The notes under the pieces are model-generated. The model had not been told where the DNA came from. It did not search any database and saw only the letters and a list, made by a program, of their open reading frames with translations. A DNA stretch of 62,591 nt, the filler included, from Squatina squatina (Eukaryota), in assembly GCA_031763465.1 (NCBI GenBank). It is 3 parts of 3 records of this genome, joined end to end, with 100 filler letters (N's around TTAATTAATTAA, not from the genome) between each part and the next. Parts side by side here need not be neighbours in the genome. Positions count along the whole stretch, not along the records: positions 1 to 25,966 come from JARFOE010000222.1; 2 more parts are not named here. The stretch is one strand, 5' to 3'. Within the stretch, counting starts at the first letter, position 1, and each line of letters starts with the position of its first letter. A program made the position numbers and the translations under genes. Below are positions 1 to 12,883 of the stretch, piece after piece.

Positions 1-191
<191 letters not shown>

Positions 192-985
192 TCAGACTGA
201 TTTTGACATGCCTCTCTCATTTTATCAAAATAACATCTAATTACTTTTTTTAAGTGCGTAGCTGTGATTGAAAAGGGCAGTCATCCACTGCACCACCCAG
301 TTCTTTCATGAGTGAGAGAAGAATTTCACCATATTAATTTGGGTTGCATTCAAACTTAATCCAATCCCTAAATTTACCATTTATATAAAAATGAGAATGA
401 GTTCTTTTTTGGGAAACTAATTCTTAACAAACTTTAGTATTTTGTAGTCAATTTATATAGTTTCCAAATATGTATGCCACATGTACAAATGCAAATCCAA
501 ATTTTGATATTTTAATGCAGAGCATGTTACGTCGCTCTCTGATTACTGCAACTATACTTGCTTTAGGAGTTTGATCAATCTGTTCATAGTATAGATATTC
601 TAAATGTATAGAAATTCTATATTGCACAACAATAAATTAATGAACACCCATGTTGCCTGATTTCTGTCCATTCCTGATCAAATGTGCAAAATCTCGGCCA
701 AATCACAAAGAAATACAATTCAACAGTAAACCCATCTTCATTATCTCTATTAATTTTGCCTATTACTTTGCCAGATTAATGTTTAATTTATGTTCTGTAC
801 AGAGTACATTAAGATTTATACCCAATGAGTGGTGTTGAATTATTCATTACTGCTGCATTCATAAGTGATCTGGTCAATCCATTTGATTCCTTCATATTTA
901 TTCTCATGCTGACAGGTGTGCATACACACAAACACTTTATTTGCTAATAAAAATATACAGATCAAAAAGTGAAAAAATAACATTA

Positions 986-1339
<354 letters not shown>

Positions 1340-1516
1340 TCATGTGGCCATTATTGTATGAGCCCAGACTAACTATCAACTATAAGGGGTAAGAGGATAG
1401 CTTAAGCCTATCCTGTNNNNNNNNNNNNNNNNNNNNNNNNNNNNNNNNNNNNNNNNNNNNNNNNNNNNNNNNNNNNNNNNNNNNNNNNNNNNNNNNNNNN
1501 NNNNNNNNNNNNNNNN

Positions 1517-1866
1517 AAGGGTAGATGTTGAGAAGATGTTTCCCCTCGTGGGAGAATCTAGAACTTGGGGACACAGTCTCCGTATAAGGGGTAACTCATT
1601 TAAGACGGAGATGAGGAGGAATTTCTTCTCGCAGAGGGTTGTAAATCTTCGGAATTCTTTACCCCAGAGAGTTATGGAGGCTGTGTCATTGAATATATTC
1701 AAAGCTGAGATAGACAGATTTTTGAGCAACAGGGGAGTCATAGGTTATGGGGAACAGGCAGGAAATTGGAGTTGAGACTAGAATCAGATCAGCAATGATC
1801 TCATTGAATAGGGGAGCAGCCGCGAAGGGCCGAATGGCCTATTCCTGCTCCTATTTCTTATGTTCT
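1517..1866 (+). mobile_element. CR1-type LINE 3' end (ORF2 C-terminus and 3'UTR)
   Basis: SRTWGHSLRIRG...EMRRNFFSQRVVNLRNSLP motif typical of the CR1 ORF2 end; tail ...tcctgctcctatttcttatgttct. Confidence 0.85.
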
Positions 1867-1905
1867 ATATACTATGAAATAGCATGCTAACATATTTACA
1901 TTTCA

Positions 1906-2094
<189 letters not shown>

Positions 2095-4611
2095 AANNNN
2101 NNNNNNNNNNNNNNNNNNNNNNNNNNNNNNNNNNNNNNNNNNNNNNNNNNNNNNNNNNNNNNNNNNNNNNNNNNNNNNNNNNNNNNNNNNNNNNNNGCCC
2201 CACGAAGATATCCTGCCGCTGTGGCAAGGAGGAAAATACACCTCATCACATCTATTTATCATAAGAAACTTTACCATTGGACCATAATGTCAACATCACA
2301 CTCGAACACAATTTTTATCTTGTAAGAAATGTAAAATTACAGATAACTGGGGAAGCAGAATATTGTTAATTTCAACGTCTGACAGGCAGTAGTTTTTTGT
2401 CAAATCAGGTAAATGCTGCACTTTGTAAGTCTGTTCAGATTTTTATGAATACGTTCTTAACATTACTTGGCTGATGCATTGATGCAGCATGTTGGAGGGA
2501 GGCAAAATTGGAAGACAATGCAAATTGATCCACCCTCTCTCATACTTCTTTGTGGTCACAGATACAGCAGTGCTAGTATTGTTGCTTGCTTCCAAACAGC
2601 ATTTGGTATGGGGAAAGGAGGAAAGTCACCAAAAAAGCAGGAGAGCAAAAAATATTTTAAAATATTTTAGAAATAGCATACAGATATATTGGAAAATGTC
2701 ACTTTTACTTTAATTTGTGGTACATGCTAGGATTGTGCAGCAGTCTTTTACCAGGAAAAACTCCCATGTCTACCAGACTGAGAGATTATTATGGTTGGTG
2801 TCACTCAGTGGCTTGTTTACCAGCAGACCACCACCCCCTTATTTTGAAGTTTGTATATAATTATATCACAGCAGGATGGTCTGAGGATAGGTGACACATG
2901 GTTGCTATGCGACTTTGAACAAAAATTAGTATTCCTGTCACATATACAGCAGGCAGCTGGTAATGCCATTAATTTAAAAAAATTACATACTTACAAGACA
3001 TCTTAAAGCTAATTACATACCTAGGCCTGTCAACTGAGTTTACATGACAACCTGCAGAACATCGATACTTTGCAAGGCAAGATTTTAATAGCTTGCACAA
3101 AATGGCATAAAACAATATAGTGTTTCTGTAAATGACTCAATTGCAGCATGTTAAATATGCTGACCACAGAGTCAGGTTCTTTGTTAATATTAGCACAAAA
3201 ATTGATGTGAGTATGAAGAACATTTTGCCATTTTATACTTGGTAACTTTTTTTTAAATTAACATTAAAGAAGAATGAAAAATATATTGTAATGTCACATT
3301 TGGCTACAGGATACAGACAATTATAGTTTGAAAGAACTTGCAAAGGAAATTACCTTTGTGCTCTGGCTTGTTCTATTATTAAAAGGTGAGCAAGCCTCTT
3401 AGTGACACCAACTAACCTCCTATGGCATTGCACATGGATAGCCTGGGGTCTGGAGCATGATTGTGATGTTTCGCTGGGAGATGGTGCTGGGACCGTGGAG
3501 CACCAGGTGGGAGGGGGAAGCAGTGAGCACTGAAGGGGAAGCCACCCAGGACAAATGACCGTGTCCCAATTACTGCCTGGGTGGCCAGCTCCAGGAAAAG
3601 AGCGCAGGCACTGCCAGGATCACAATAGAGGTACTGCACCAGAGTCAACGGTAGTAAAAATATTTTAAAAAGAAACGGTTAATCAGTATTTCATGTACCA
3701 AGGTAGTCTCAATCAGTGCTGAACAATTTAAGAACAGCTGTGATCTATCAGTATCAAATATATTTGCGACAGATANNNNNNNNNNNNNNNNNNNNNNNNN
3801 NNNNNNNNNNNNNNNNNNNNNNNNNNNNNNNNNNNNNNNNNNNNNNNNNNNNNNNNNNNNNNNNNNNNNNNNNNNAATCTGGCAAAAAGGTACTATGACA
3901 GCTTTAAAGATAACTTTGAAAAGCTCACACAACATATCACAGAGCACACACCACATCCAGAATTTCCAAAACAATTCAGCAAGCCTACAACCTTTAAGCA
4001 TTCCTTTACAAACAGAAGATCAGCCAAAAAAAGAGCCACAAAGGATCACAAACTGGATTTTCAATTTCTTTTGAATCCCTAACCCCCCTTATTGGGTGAC
4101 CAGGCAAAATTCTTAGAAGATGCAAATCTATCTTTCTTTGAGTTGACTACTCTGAGATGAAGTAAAATAATCCAGTGACAATGCTGAATGCTGCAATTTT
4201 CTTCCCTGCTGCGTGGATGCCCTTGGCAGCCTCTCTGAGGTTTCCGATAGTAACACAACTAAAACTCCGTGATGTGACAAAATCACAGGTGAAAACTCAC
4301 AGCCACCATTCTGTATTGTTTTTTCTTTGTGATTTAAACTCTGTGCTATGTCTCAGGTACAAGTTTTTGCTAAACGATAGTCAGTCAGGCTGCTGACATG
4401 TAAGGTCTGGCAGTCTAACAAAATATTTGTAGCTTGCGTCATACAAATGAATCAGTCTATACAAGTTTTTAATGGTCTGTATATGTCTAATGACAGTAAT
4501 AATCGTCACATTGTTTGAAGTACAATATATCAGTACCATGTATTGTCCAAATGAAAATTAAAATCTACTCTTGATATAAATATTATTACATCTGGAAGTG
4601 AAAAATGATCA

Positions 4612-4848
<237 letters not shown>

Positions 4849-5884
4849 CTAGTTAGAACAAATTATGTTGTCACATATTATGTATTGTTTTCCACTCCCA
4901 ATCCTAGCTGCTTTATAGCACAAACCACATTCAGTTCCCAATCAACAGAGCTCTTTTGATGTTCCCATCGGCATGTAAGAATGAAATTTGACTGTACCTG
5001 CAATGGATTTTTGCAATTTAGTCATGGGTTTCTGATGACATCATAAACTCAGCTAGTGATCCATGAGAAATTTTAAAATGTCAAATCATCATCCGAACGC
5101 ATTGAGAATAAATCTTGTTCATTATGCTTTTGAAACGCCTCATTTTTAAAAATTACTCCAATTTCACTGGGGTAGATTTCCACCAGTCGCGATGTGTTAG
5201 TGACATTACGAACAGAGTGGAAATATTTCTTAGGCAGCAGGATATAGTTTGAAACAGGAATGACTGTTTGTGACATTTAACATGATGGTTTATAGCATTA
5301 AATGATAAATATAGGACTACTGTTTATACTACCTCAGCAGCAGATCATTGATAGATTCAGAATAAATAATATGTGAGTGTGTGATCAAGGCTCTAAGGTA
5401 CCTTGACTTTGTGGTTACAGTTTACACCAATTTCAAATACGCCCTCATACTATGGCCTGTAATTTGCGGTCAGTGGCGAAGCAAAGGTGCTCGCTGCTTG
5501 CCNNNNNNNNNNNNNNNNNNNNNNNNNNNNNNNNNNNNNNNNNNNNNNNNNNNNNNNNNNNNNNNNNNNNNNNNNNNNNNNNNNNNNNNNNNNNNNNNNN
5601 NNATCGAAGAAGAAACGACATCAAAGTTAGCTCATTAGTACCTTAACTGCCTTTCATTTGAGACTTCTTTTCTAACGTGTGAATAAACTATGCTTTAAAA
5701 CATTAAATTGAATCTCACTCTTTTTCCAAATCCTTTGTGGAAAAAAATGGTCAAGAAGATCCTGAAATGTGTCAGATGGTTACCAAATCAGATCCATCCA
5801 GCAGCTAAGCATTGTATTCAATTAGTTTCCAACATTGCTGTTACATATGTGGCACAAAAGTCTGTGCATTTTTATTAGAATGAA

Positions 5885-6282
5885 AAATCTTGCATTTATG
5901 TAGTTTTTTTTTACATCTTTGGTCCCAAAGCACTTCACAACCAATAAATTACTTTTAGAAGGGTAATTACCGTTGTCATGTGTGCAAATGCGGAAGCCAA
6001 TTAGTACACTGCAAGATTACACGAACAGTAAGGAGAGTGATGACCAACTTATCTGTTATTAGTGGTGTTGGCTGAGAACTAGATATTTGCCAGGACATCA
6101 GCAGTACTCTCCTACTCTTCTTTGAATAATGCCATGGGATCCTTTATATCCATCTGAATAGGGCCTTGGTTTAACATCCCATCAATAGATAGGACATCCA
6201 ACAATGCAGCACTCCTTCAGTACTACACTGAAATGCCAGCCCAAATTATGTGCTCAGCTCCTGGAATGAGGCTTGAATCCCC

Positions 6283-6313
<31 letters not shown>

Positions 6314-6330
6314 ACTGAGCCAAGCTGATA
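5885..6330 (-). mobile_element. tRNA-derived DeuSINE (SacSINE1-like), near full length
   Basis: Minus-strand head tcagcttggctcagtggtagcactcttgcctctgagtcagaaggttggggattcaagcc with Pol III A- and B-box-like motifs; L2-like tail ...ctacataaatgcaagat; related fragments recur in the window. Confidence 0.7.
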
Positions 6331-6447
6331 CTTATACCTGCAATTAATGCTAATGACAACCATGATTTAAGGAAATGATTATCATTTCAAATGAACAACA
6401 AAAAGGCTATTTAAAATATATGGTTTAAATAAAATAGCTGATTCTTA

Positions 6448-6663
<216 letters not shown>

Positions 6664-8087
6664 TTAAAAGAATATGATAATCATCATGTTTAAATGGTTG
6701 AAACTGCAATATTTATGGTGAATAGTGAGTAAGTCACAAAAGGCTAATTTTATTTTTTGAATTTGAAATTATTCAGTTAATTCTATGTATGACTCTTCCC
6801 AATCAAATTTCCAAATTGAAAATGTAAGTTATCTTAATATTTAGACTTCCCAGTACTTGGACAAAAGGGGAATAAATTATGTGATGATTTTTAATGAGGC
6901 TTGTTTCAAAAAAGTGATGTGATTACAATATAGACAGGTTTATTTCATGAATTTTGGTCGGCGGGGCGGGTGGGGGTAGAGATACTGGAATTTGGTGTGA
7001 CACTGGGTAAGTTAACATTCTGCCCCATTTAGACTGGCCCTTTAAATTTCGCAGGTTGATCTTATGCCTCCCTACATCAAGGGGACATATCAGGGAGAGT
7101 TCCCAGGCTTCCCTGGGAAATTCCATCCCAAGTGTCCTTAAAACACCTCTGCCGAATTCATGCCAGCTGAAAGCTGACGTGAGTCCTTTTCAGTGTTTCT
7201 GAAAAGCCCCAAATGCTTACGAGTATAAGGTGATCAATCCTGGTCTGGGGCTAGGGTGGGTGGTGTGGATTCTCAAGGATATCAGGACCAAAAATTTCAA
7301 ATTATTTATATTTTTGATGAAGCTTATTTTTAAAGCTTAAGATAAAAAAGTGTAAAAAAGACATTTTAATGTGCATGGTAACCATTTTCAAAATCTACTC
7401 ACAAAAATACACCTTGATTCTCTGAATTTATGTCAATGGAAAAGATTAGTTATGTGAAAGAAGTAGAATTGGTTTGTAATTCACCAACACCAGCCAAAAT
7501 AACTTAGTGTCTCATAAAGCCTTATATCTCACTTTTGTATCCTGAGGTCCCACATCACCCAAAACATATCAGTTTATTATATCAGCCTAACAGTAATATT
7601 TTGTTGAGTGTATACTTTGAATGTTGGGCAGAAGATTAAAGGGACTAATCCCACAAGAATAAGAAAGACATACAGACAGGACTATGTGAGTCTCCCACAC
7701 ATCAAAGTAAGGGCCAGTTGAATCAAAAGTAGGTCCACAGCAAACCTTTCAGGAGGCCTACACAACTACTGTATTCAGTAGTGTACCTTACAGATACAAT
7801 AAAGCAGAAATATCATGGTATATTTGTTCACATATCACAAGCGGTAGGTACAGCAGCACAGCACATTAAATAAGCAGATCCTCATTATTATTTTCAATAT
7901 AGATATAACACATCACCTTAAACTGCAGTCACTGTTTAGTTTCACAATGTAAAGTTTCCACATAAGTAGCGCGATTGAGGAATAGTCNNNNNNNNNNNNN
8001 NNNNNNNNNNNNNNNNNNNNNNNNNNNNNNNNNNNNNNNNNNNNNNNNNNNNNNNNNNNNNNNNNNNNNNNNNNNNNNNNNNNNNNN

Positions 8088-8156
8088 GCTCCCCTCCACC
8101 ACCCCCTCCAAACTGATGCTCCCCTCCACCACCCCCACCAAACTGATGCTCTCCCT
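8088..8156. repeat. 30-bp tandem repeat abutting a gap
   Basis: gctcccctccaccacccc(ct/ca)ccaaactgat twice plus a partial copy. Confidence 0.8.
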
Positions 8157-8251
8157 TATCAGGCTCTGCTAAACTCAAAAGTTAATTGATCCTTCCTGGA
8201 ACACACTAGTTTGATAAAACATTAAAACATTTTTTGTTTATATATCCTCAC

Positions 8252-8575
8252 CTTCCAATCGGAGCCGTATGGTGAAGGAGTGCTGCCTCTGGCCGTTCAG
8301 GCTGACCGTACAGGTATAATTGCCAGCATCAATCATGTGCAGGGCATGGAATGTGAGGAATGCAGTCCCATTTGGATAAGTGGTGCTAATTATGCGAGAA
8401 CTTTGGTTAATACTCAAAGGAAGACAGTCCTTGCTCCACTTGACAGTGAACCCTGCAGCAGAATGCATCTGCTGCAGCAACTCCTGATCCAGAGGACAGA
8501 ACAAATGATGACTCAGTTCCTGCTCTGTCCACAGGTAATGGTCATAGGAGTGGTCAGCATCAACACATGAAAGAT
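8252..8575 (-). CDS. Intact exon encoding an IL-1 receptor family Ig domain (DIGIRR/SIGIRR-like), nested in CACNA1C intron 5
   Basis: Acceptor ...ttgctttcttttttaaaatatattgacag|AT, donor GAA G|gtgagg, 324 nt with no stop; xLSCVDADHSYDHYLWTEQELSHHLFCPLDQELLQQMHSAAGFTVKWSKDCLPLSINQSSRIISTTYPNGTAFLTFHALHMIDAGNYTCTVSLNGQRQHSFTIRLRLE; C..CP..WxKDC..DxGNYTC four-cysteine pattern of the IL-1R D2-type Ig domain. Confidence 0.85.
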
Positions 8576-9258
8576 CTGTCAATATATTTTAAAAAAGAAA
8601 GCAACATCAGCGGCTCAGGTTTTACAAACAGCATCACATTTACTTGACACACGGCTCAACCTCAACCAAATTTGAACAATGTCATAACACACCCCTCACC
8701 AGCTCTGCCATCTCTCTCTAGGTCTAGTGTATGTAGAAATTGGGAATCTTCTGGGAAACAAAACATTCCTCTTTGCCCTCACCTCTTCCACCAAGACCTC
8801 CAGAAGACAATATTGTTTCAAAGACGAACAGGGGAGTTCTCCCCAGTGGACAACCTTGTGACTTATTTCTTAGTTCACAAATAAATCTGCCAAAAGTTGA
8901 ATGCAATCTCTCATTAAAACGTCCATTCATGCTTTAAATAGGTCTCTGGATCCCCACTGGAAGTCACAGTTGGAAAGTTGGCAGTCTGCCCATTTCCAAC
9001 TCAATTGATTGGCAGCTTGCTAATCAGATGCAAATGATGCTCTGAAATTAAAATAGCTCAGCCCTCAACTGATGTCATCAGGCGAGTTTGATGTGTATCC
9101 TGCCTGCCCGAAACCCATTCCCAGTTAAATTCCCCATTTGTTTTTGTTGTTATAGGTTTTAGAACTAGTTTGATAGGGCAGCAAGAAAAGACAATGGAAT
9201 TCAAATATCACAGTCTTGGGTCATACATTTTGCAATTGTACCTTGTCAAAATACTTAC

Positions 9259-9398
9259 TAGGTACACCAGACACTAGGCGTAATGGTCGTAGGACTCTGA
9301 ATGCTCTTAGAGCTTTGACATCGAATCCAGCAGCTTTACCTCCAATTGGGTTAATTCCTTCTGCTTTGGTCGCTTGTTCTAAAATAGCACTAAAAAGC
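9259..9398 (-). CDS. CACNA1C: CACNA1C exon 5 (IS3-S4 loop and IS4 voltage sensor)
   Basis: 140 nt, tatag|G CTT ... CCT A|gtaagt; [46 protein letters not shown]. Confidence 0.97.
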
Positions 9399-9544
9399 CT
9401 ATAAGAGAAAGAAAAAAAAAACAGAAGGCACAGTTTATCAATGACATAGATAAATCACACAAAATGCACAGCCTACTTATCCAAGGTAGTCTCCTTTTAC
9501 ACTTTTCACCAACTGCAGGGGCAAAAAAAGATGTGCTTTCCTAG

Positions 9545-9642
9545 ATGTGTCTTTTCTCTCCACAAATGCTGCCTGACCTGCTGAGTTTTTCCAGCATTTT
9601 TTGTTTGTATTCTAGATTCCAGCATCTGCAGTATTTCGCTTT
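9545..9642 (+). mobile_element. Penelope-like element terminal-repeat fragment
   Basis: atgctgcctgacctgctgagtttttccagcattttttgttt...ccagcatctgcag; same family at 18712-18792 (-), 20597-20725 and 37470-37610. Confidence 0.55.
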
Positions 9643-10689
9643 NNNNNNNNNNNNNNNNNNNNNNNNNNNNNNNNNNNNNNNNNNNNNNNNNNNNNNNNNN
9701 NNNNNNNNNNNNNNNNNNNNNNNNNNNNNNNNNNNNNNNNNNTGTATATGACTCCAATAGCCAGAACTCACCAAATCTGGAGCATCATACTAAACCAATC
9801 AGCAAGATGCATTATATGAGTATGTGAACCAGGCTACTTCCCATTTGTAATTAACAGTAATAGCTTTGACCTTTTGCAGTACTGCCAAGTATATCAGACA
9901 ATCTGCTTCAAACCATCTGTTTGTAACCCTTTGTTTTGCTTGGTACTTATCCAAATAAACTGGATGTAACCATTCCCCCCTCGAGGAAATGTGGCCCCCA
10001 GATGTTAAATACAAGCAGGTCTACACATCTCGTTTTAGAATCTACTTTATTAAAGATGTGACCATTAAAATTCGGACTCTGTCTCAACTGAATTGATGCC
10101 CATTACAGCATCATGCCATATTACTCTCAGCATACAATATTTGCATATGCTTGCTCACTGTATTTAATGCTGCTTGACAAGATTGGTACGCCTGTATATG
10201 AAAGAATCATGAAGTGTAAGTTCTAATTAGATCACTACATTAATTCAGTAAAGAACACTGCTCAAGTTCAGAAGAGCGTGTATACTTGTGGCTGAAGTAA
10301 AACAGGATTAAGTAACAAGACTCCAATTACAGCAACTACTCTGAAACAAATGCACTTGAATTTACCAGATATTCCAGAGTGACAAGCTGTTGTCATCACC
10401 AATCAATGTATGAGTGTTGCCTCATTCACTGGGGTTAATAACTCCAATTAAAGAAATGGGGACGGATTCTGTAAATTGTTTGTTTTTTGTGAAAAGTTGA
10501 ACTACAGAGCAACCAGAAGAGCCAATCTATTTTGCTTCTCCAGTCTTCGCTAGCTGGTATTCCATTAAGGTCAAGGCTTTGAGGGGGNNNNNNNNNNNNN
10601 NNNNNNNNNNNNNNNNNNNNNNNNNNNNNNNNNNNNNNNNNNNNNNNNNNNNNNNNNNNNNNNNNNNNNNNNNNNNNNNNNNNNNNNCT

Positions 10690-10928
10690 CCCACCCTTCT
10701 TCACCTGATCCTATCGCATACCCTTTTATTCCTTTCTCCCTTGTGTTTATCCGGGTTCACCTTAAATGCATCGATGCTACTCGCCTCAACCACTCCCTGT
10801 GGTCGCGAGTTCCACATTCTCACCGCTCTCGGTGTAAAGCAGTTTCTCCTGAATTCCTTATTGGATTTATCGGCGATTATCTTATATTTATCAGCCTAGT
10901 TGGGGGCTCACCCACAAGTGGAAACATC
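10690..10928 (-). mobile_element. CR1 LINE 3' fragment
   Basis: Reverse complement resembles 1517-1866 (…gagaatgtggaactcgcgaccacagggagtggttgaggcg…). Confidence 0.7.
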
Positions 10929-12099
10929 TATATATGTTAAATAAATTCCTCACATGAAGACTGGTCATTTTGGGCCACGAGACTAAGCAGACTGTATGTG
11001 TTATAAAGAAACACAAAGAATTAAACACCCACAAGATTCCTGGGCCAGATGGCATATATATCTGAATCTTCAAATAAATGGGTACAATTCTGATTAATAT
11101 CTTTGGGAGCTACAAATACCTATACTTGATGACTAGAGAATAGTAAACATTACCCTGATGATCAGAAACCTGAATCAGGGAAATATTGATCAATTCATCC
11201 AACATCCATAGTGCTTGATTTCAGAATTCTGGAATATCCTAAATTAAACTTGAATGACTTTGTTAAATCTCAGTGTAAGGCAATACAGCATCCCAATGCT
11301 CCAAACAGTAGACAACAGCTCAGCTGTTAATGTTGCCTACAAGAAGAACCGATGGGAAAATAAATGTTTTTCCCACAGGTTCTCTCTCATAAGAAGGCTC
11401 AGGAGGTAGAAAAGTCATCTCTCCNNNNNNNNNNNNNNNNNNNNNNNNNNNNNNNNNNNNNNNNNNNNNNNNNNNNNNNNNNNNNNNNNNNNNNNNNNNN
11501 NNNNNNNNNNNNNNNNNNNNNNNNCTCATGGGCCTTGATTTTCTTAAATGTGAATGTAATGATAGAATGTTTACACATGAAATCTTAGTCTGCAATGATG
11601 TACGTATTCCAAATTCTCAACAGGGAAATGATGTCATAGGAACCCAGAAATCAAAAATGATTGAGCACAATGGTCAGTTGGAAAATGCGAGGTTGGATCA
11701 GGTAAGTGTTGGCCAAGCTGTGCAGAACAATGGATGCTTTCAAAGTCAAATTTTACAGATCTGCAAGTTGTCTAAATCTTTTGTATTCAAGAGAATCAAA
11801 ATAGGAGCTTTTGAAATGCAGCAGTTTTAGTACTACACTACCGCACATAACCACGACACTGCCGTATTCAGTTGTGCAATTGACGACCGCATTGAGCTCA
11901 CCAAGACAAGATTTCTCCTGACTCCCTTGAAAGAATTTTTTGCTGGAAATTTTGCATGACTACAAGATTTTTTTAAATAGAAAAATGGAAACAATTGCTT
12001 TTCATTGTTTACCAGCTGGAAAAATCTGGGGAAATTACGATGGACATTTGTAAAAAAAAGCAAGTTTAATGATCTCTAATTACAATTTAGAATACATGA

Positions 12100-12494
12100 A
12101 TTCACTTATCAAAGAGGATAATATACTTGACATTCCAGGGAAATTAATAATGAATCAGGGACTGGAACTCACTAAAGATAACGTAAGCAAGAAAGCAGTG
12201 TTAGAAAAATTAATGGCATTAAAGACTGACAAATCCCCAGCGCCTAATGGTTTTCACCCCAGGATTTTAAAGGAAGTTGCCATGTGGAGAATTGTCAGCA
12301 ATTTAAATTTAAAGGAAATTGCAGAGGCTTTCGCCATAATCTTCCAAAGCGCATTTGATTCAGGAATTGTCCCTTTAGATTGGAAAATTGCAGATGTAAC
12401 TCCATTATTTTAGAAAGGTGTGAGAGAGAGTGAGGAAAAAATAGGAAATTCTGGACATGTTAGTCTAACATCTGTTGTGGGGAAGTTATTGGAA
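12100..12494 (+). mobile_element. CR1 LINE ORF2 fragment upstream of the RT domain, decayed
   Basis: KSPAPNGFHPRILKE...IIFQSAFDSGIVPLDWKIADVTPLF* (decayed KSPGPDGxHPRxLKE / PxDWKxANVTPxFKKG). Confidence 0.85.
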
Positions 12495-12594
12495 NNNNNN
12501 NNNNNNNNNNNNNNNNNNNNNNNNNNNNNNNNNNNNNNNNNNNNNNNNNNNNNNNNNNNNNNNNNNNNNNNNNNNNNNNNNNNNNNNNNNNNNN

Positions 12595-12883
12595 TAAGCA
12601 TCCCTGACTATAATCGCTCAACCATTGGTGGCTGTGCCTTCTGTTGCCTCGGCCTTAAGCTCTGGAGTTCCCTGCCTAAACCTTTCCGCCTCTCTATCTC
12701 TCTTTCCTCTTTTAAGACACTCCTTAAAACCCACCTCATTGACCAAGCTTTTGGTCAACTGCCCTAATTTCTCCTTATATGGCTCGGTGTCTAATTTTTT
12801 TGTCTAGAACACTCCTGTGAAGTGTCTTGGGACGTTTTATGTTAAAGACACTATATAAGCACAAGTTGTTGTTGTTGTTGTTG
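12595..12883 (+). mobile_element. L2-type LINE 3' end
   Basis: GGCAFCCLGLKLWSSLP...SLSSFKTLLKTHLIDQAF followed by a tail ending ctatataagcacaagtt(gtt)n. Confidence 0.8.

Noticed and set aside
4301-4369. 69-nt ag/gt-bounded segment after CACNA1C exon 9 as a 9*-like exon
   Set aside because: It contains TGA in the phase required after exon 9, the alternative acceptors are weak, and it does not resemble 9*.
6260-6330. tRNA gene (also 24510-24568)
   Set aside because: The A/B-box sequence continues into a SINE body and recurs as a repeat; no complete cloverleaf.
8280-8570. 96-aa plus-strand ORF
   Set aside because: Antisense shadow of the Ig exon, with no recognisable motif or splice structure.
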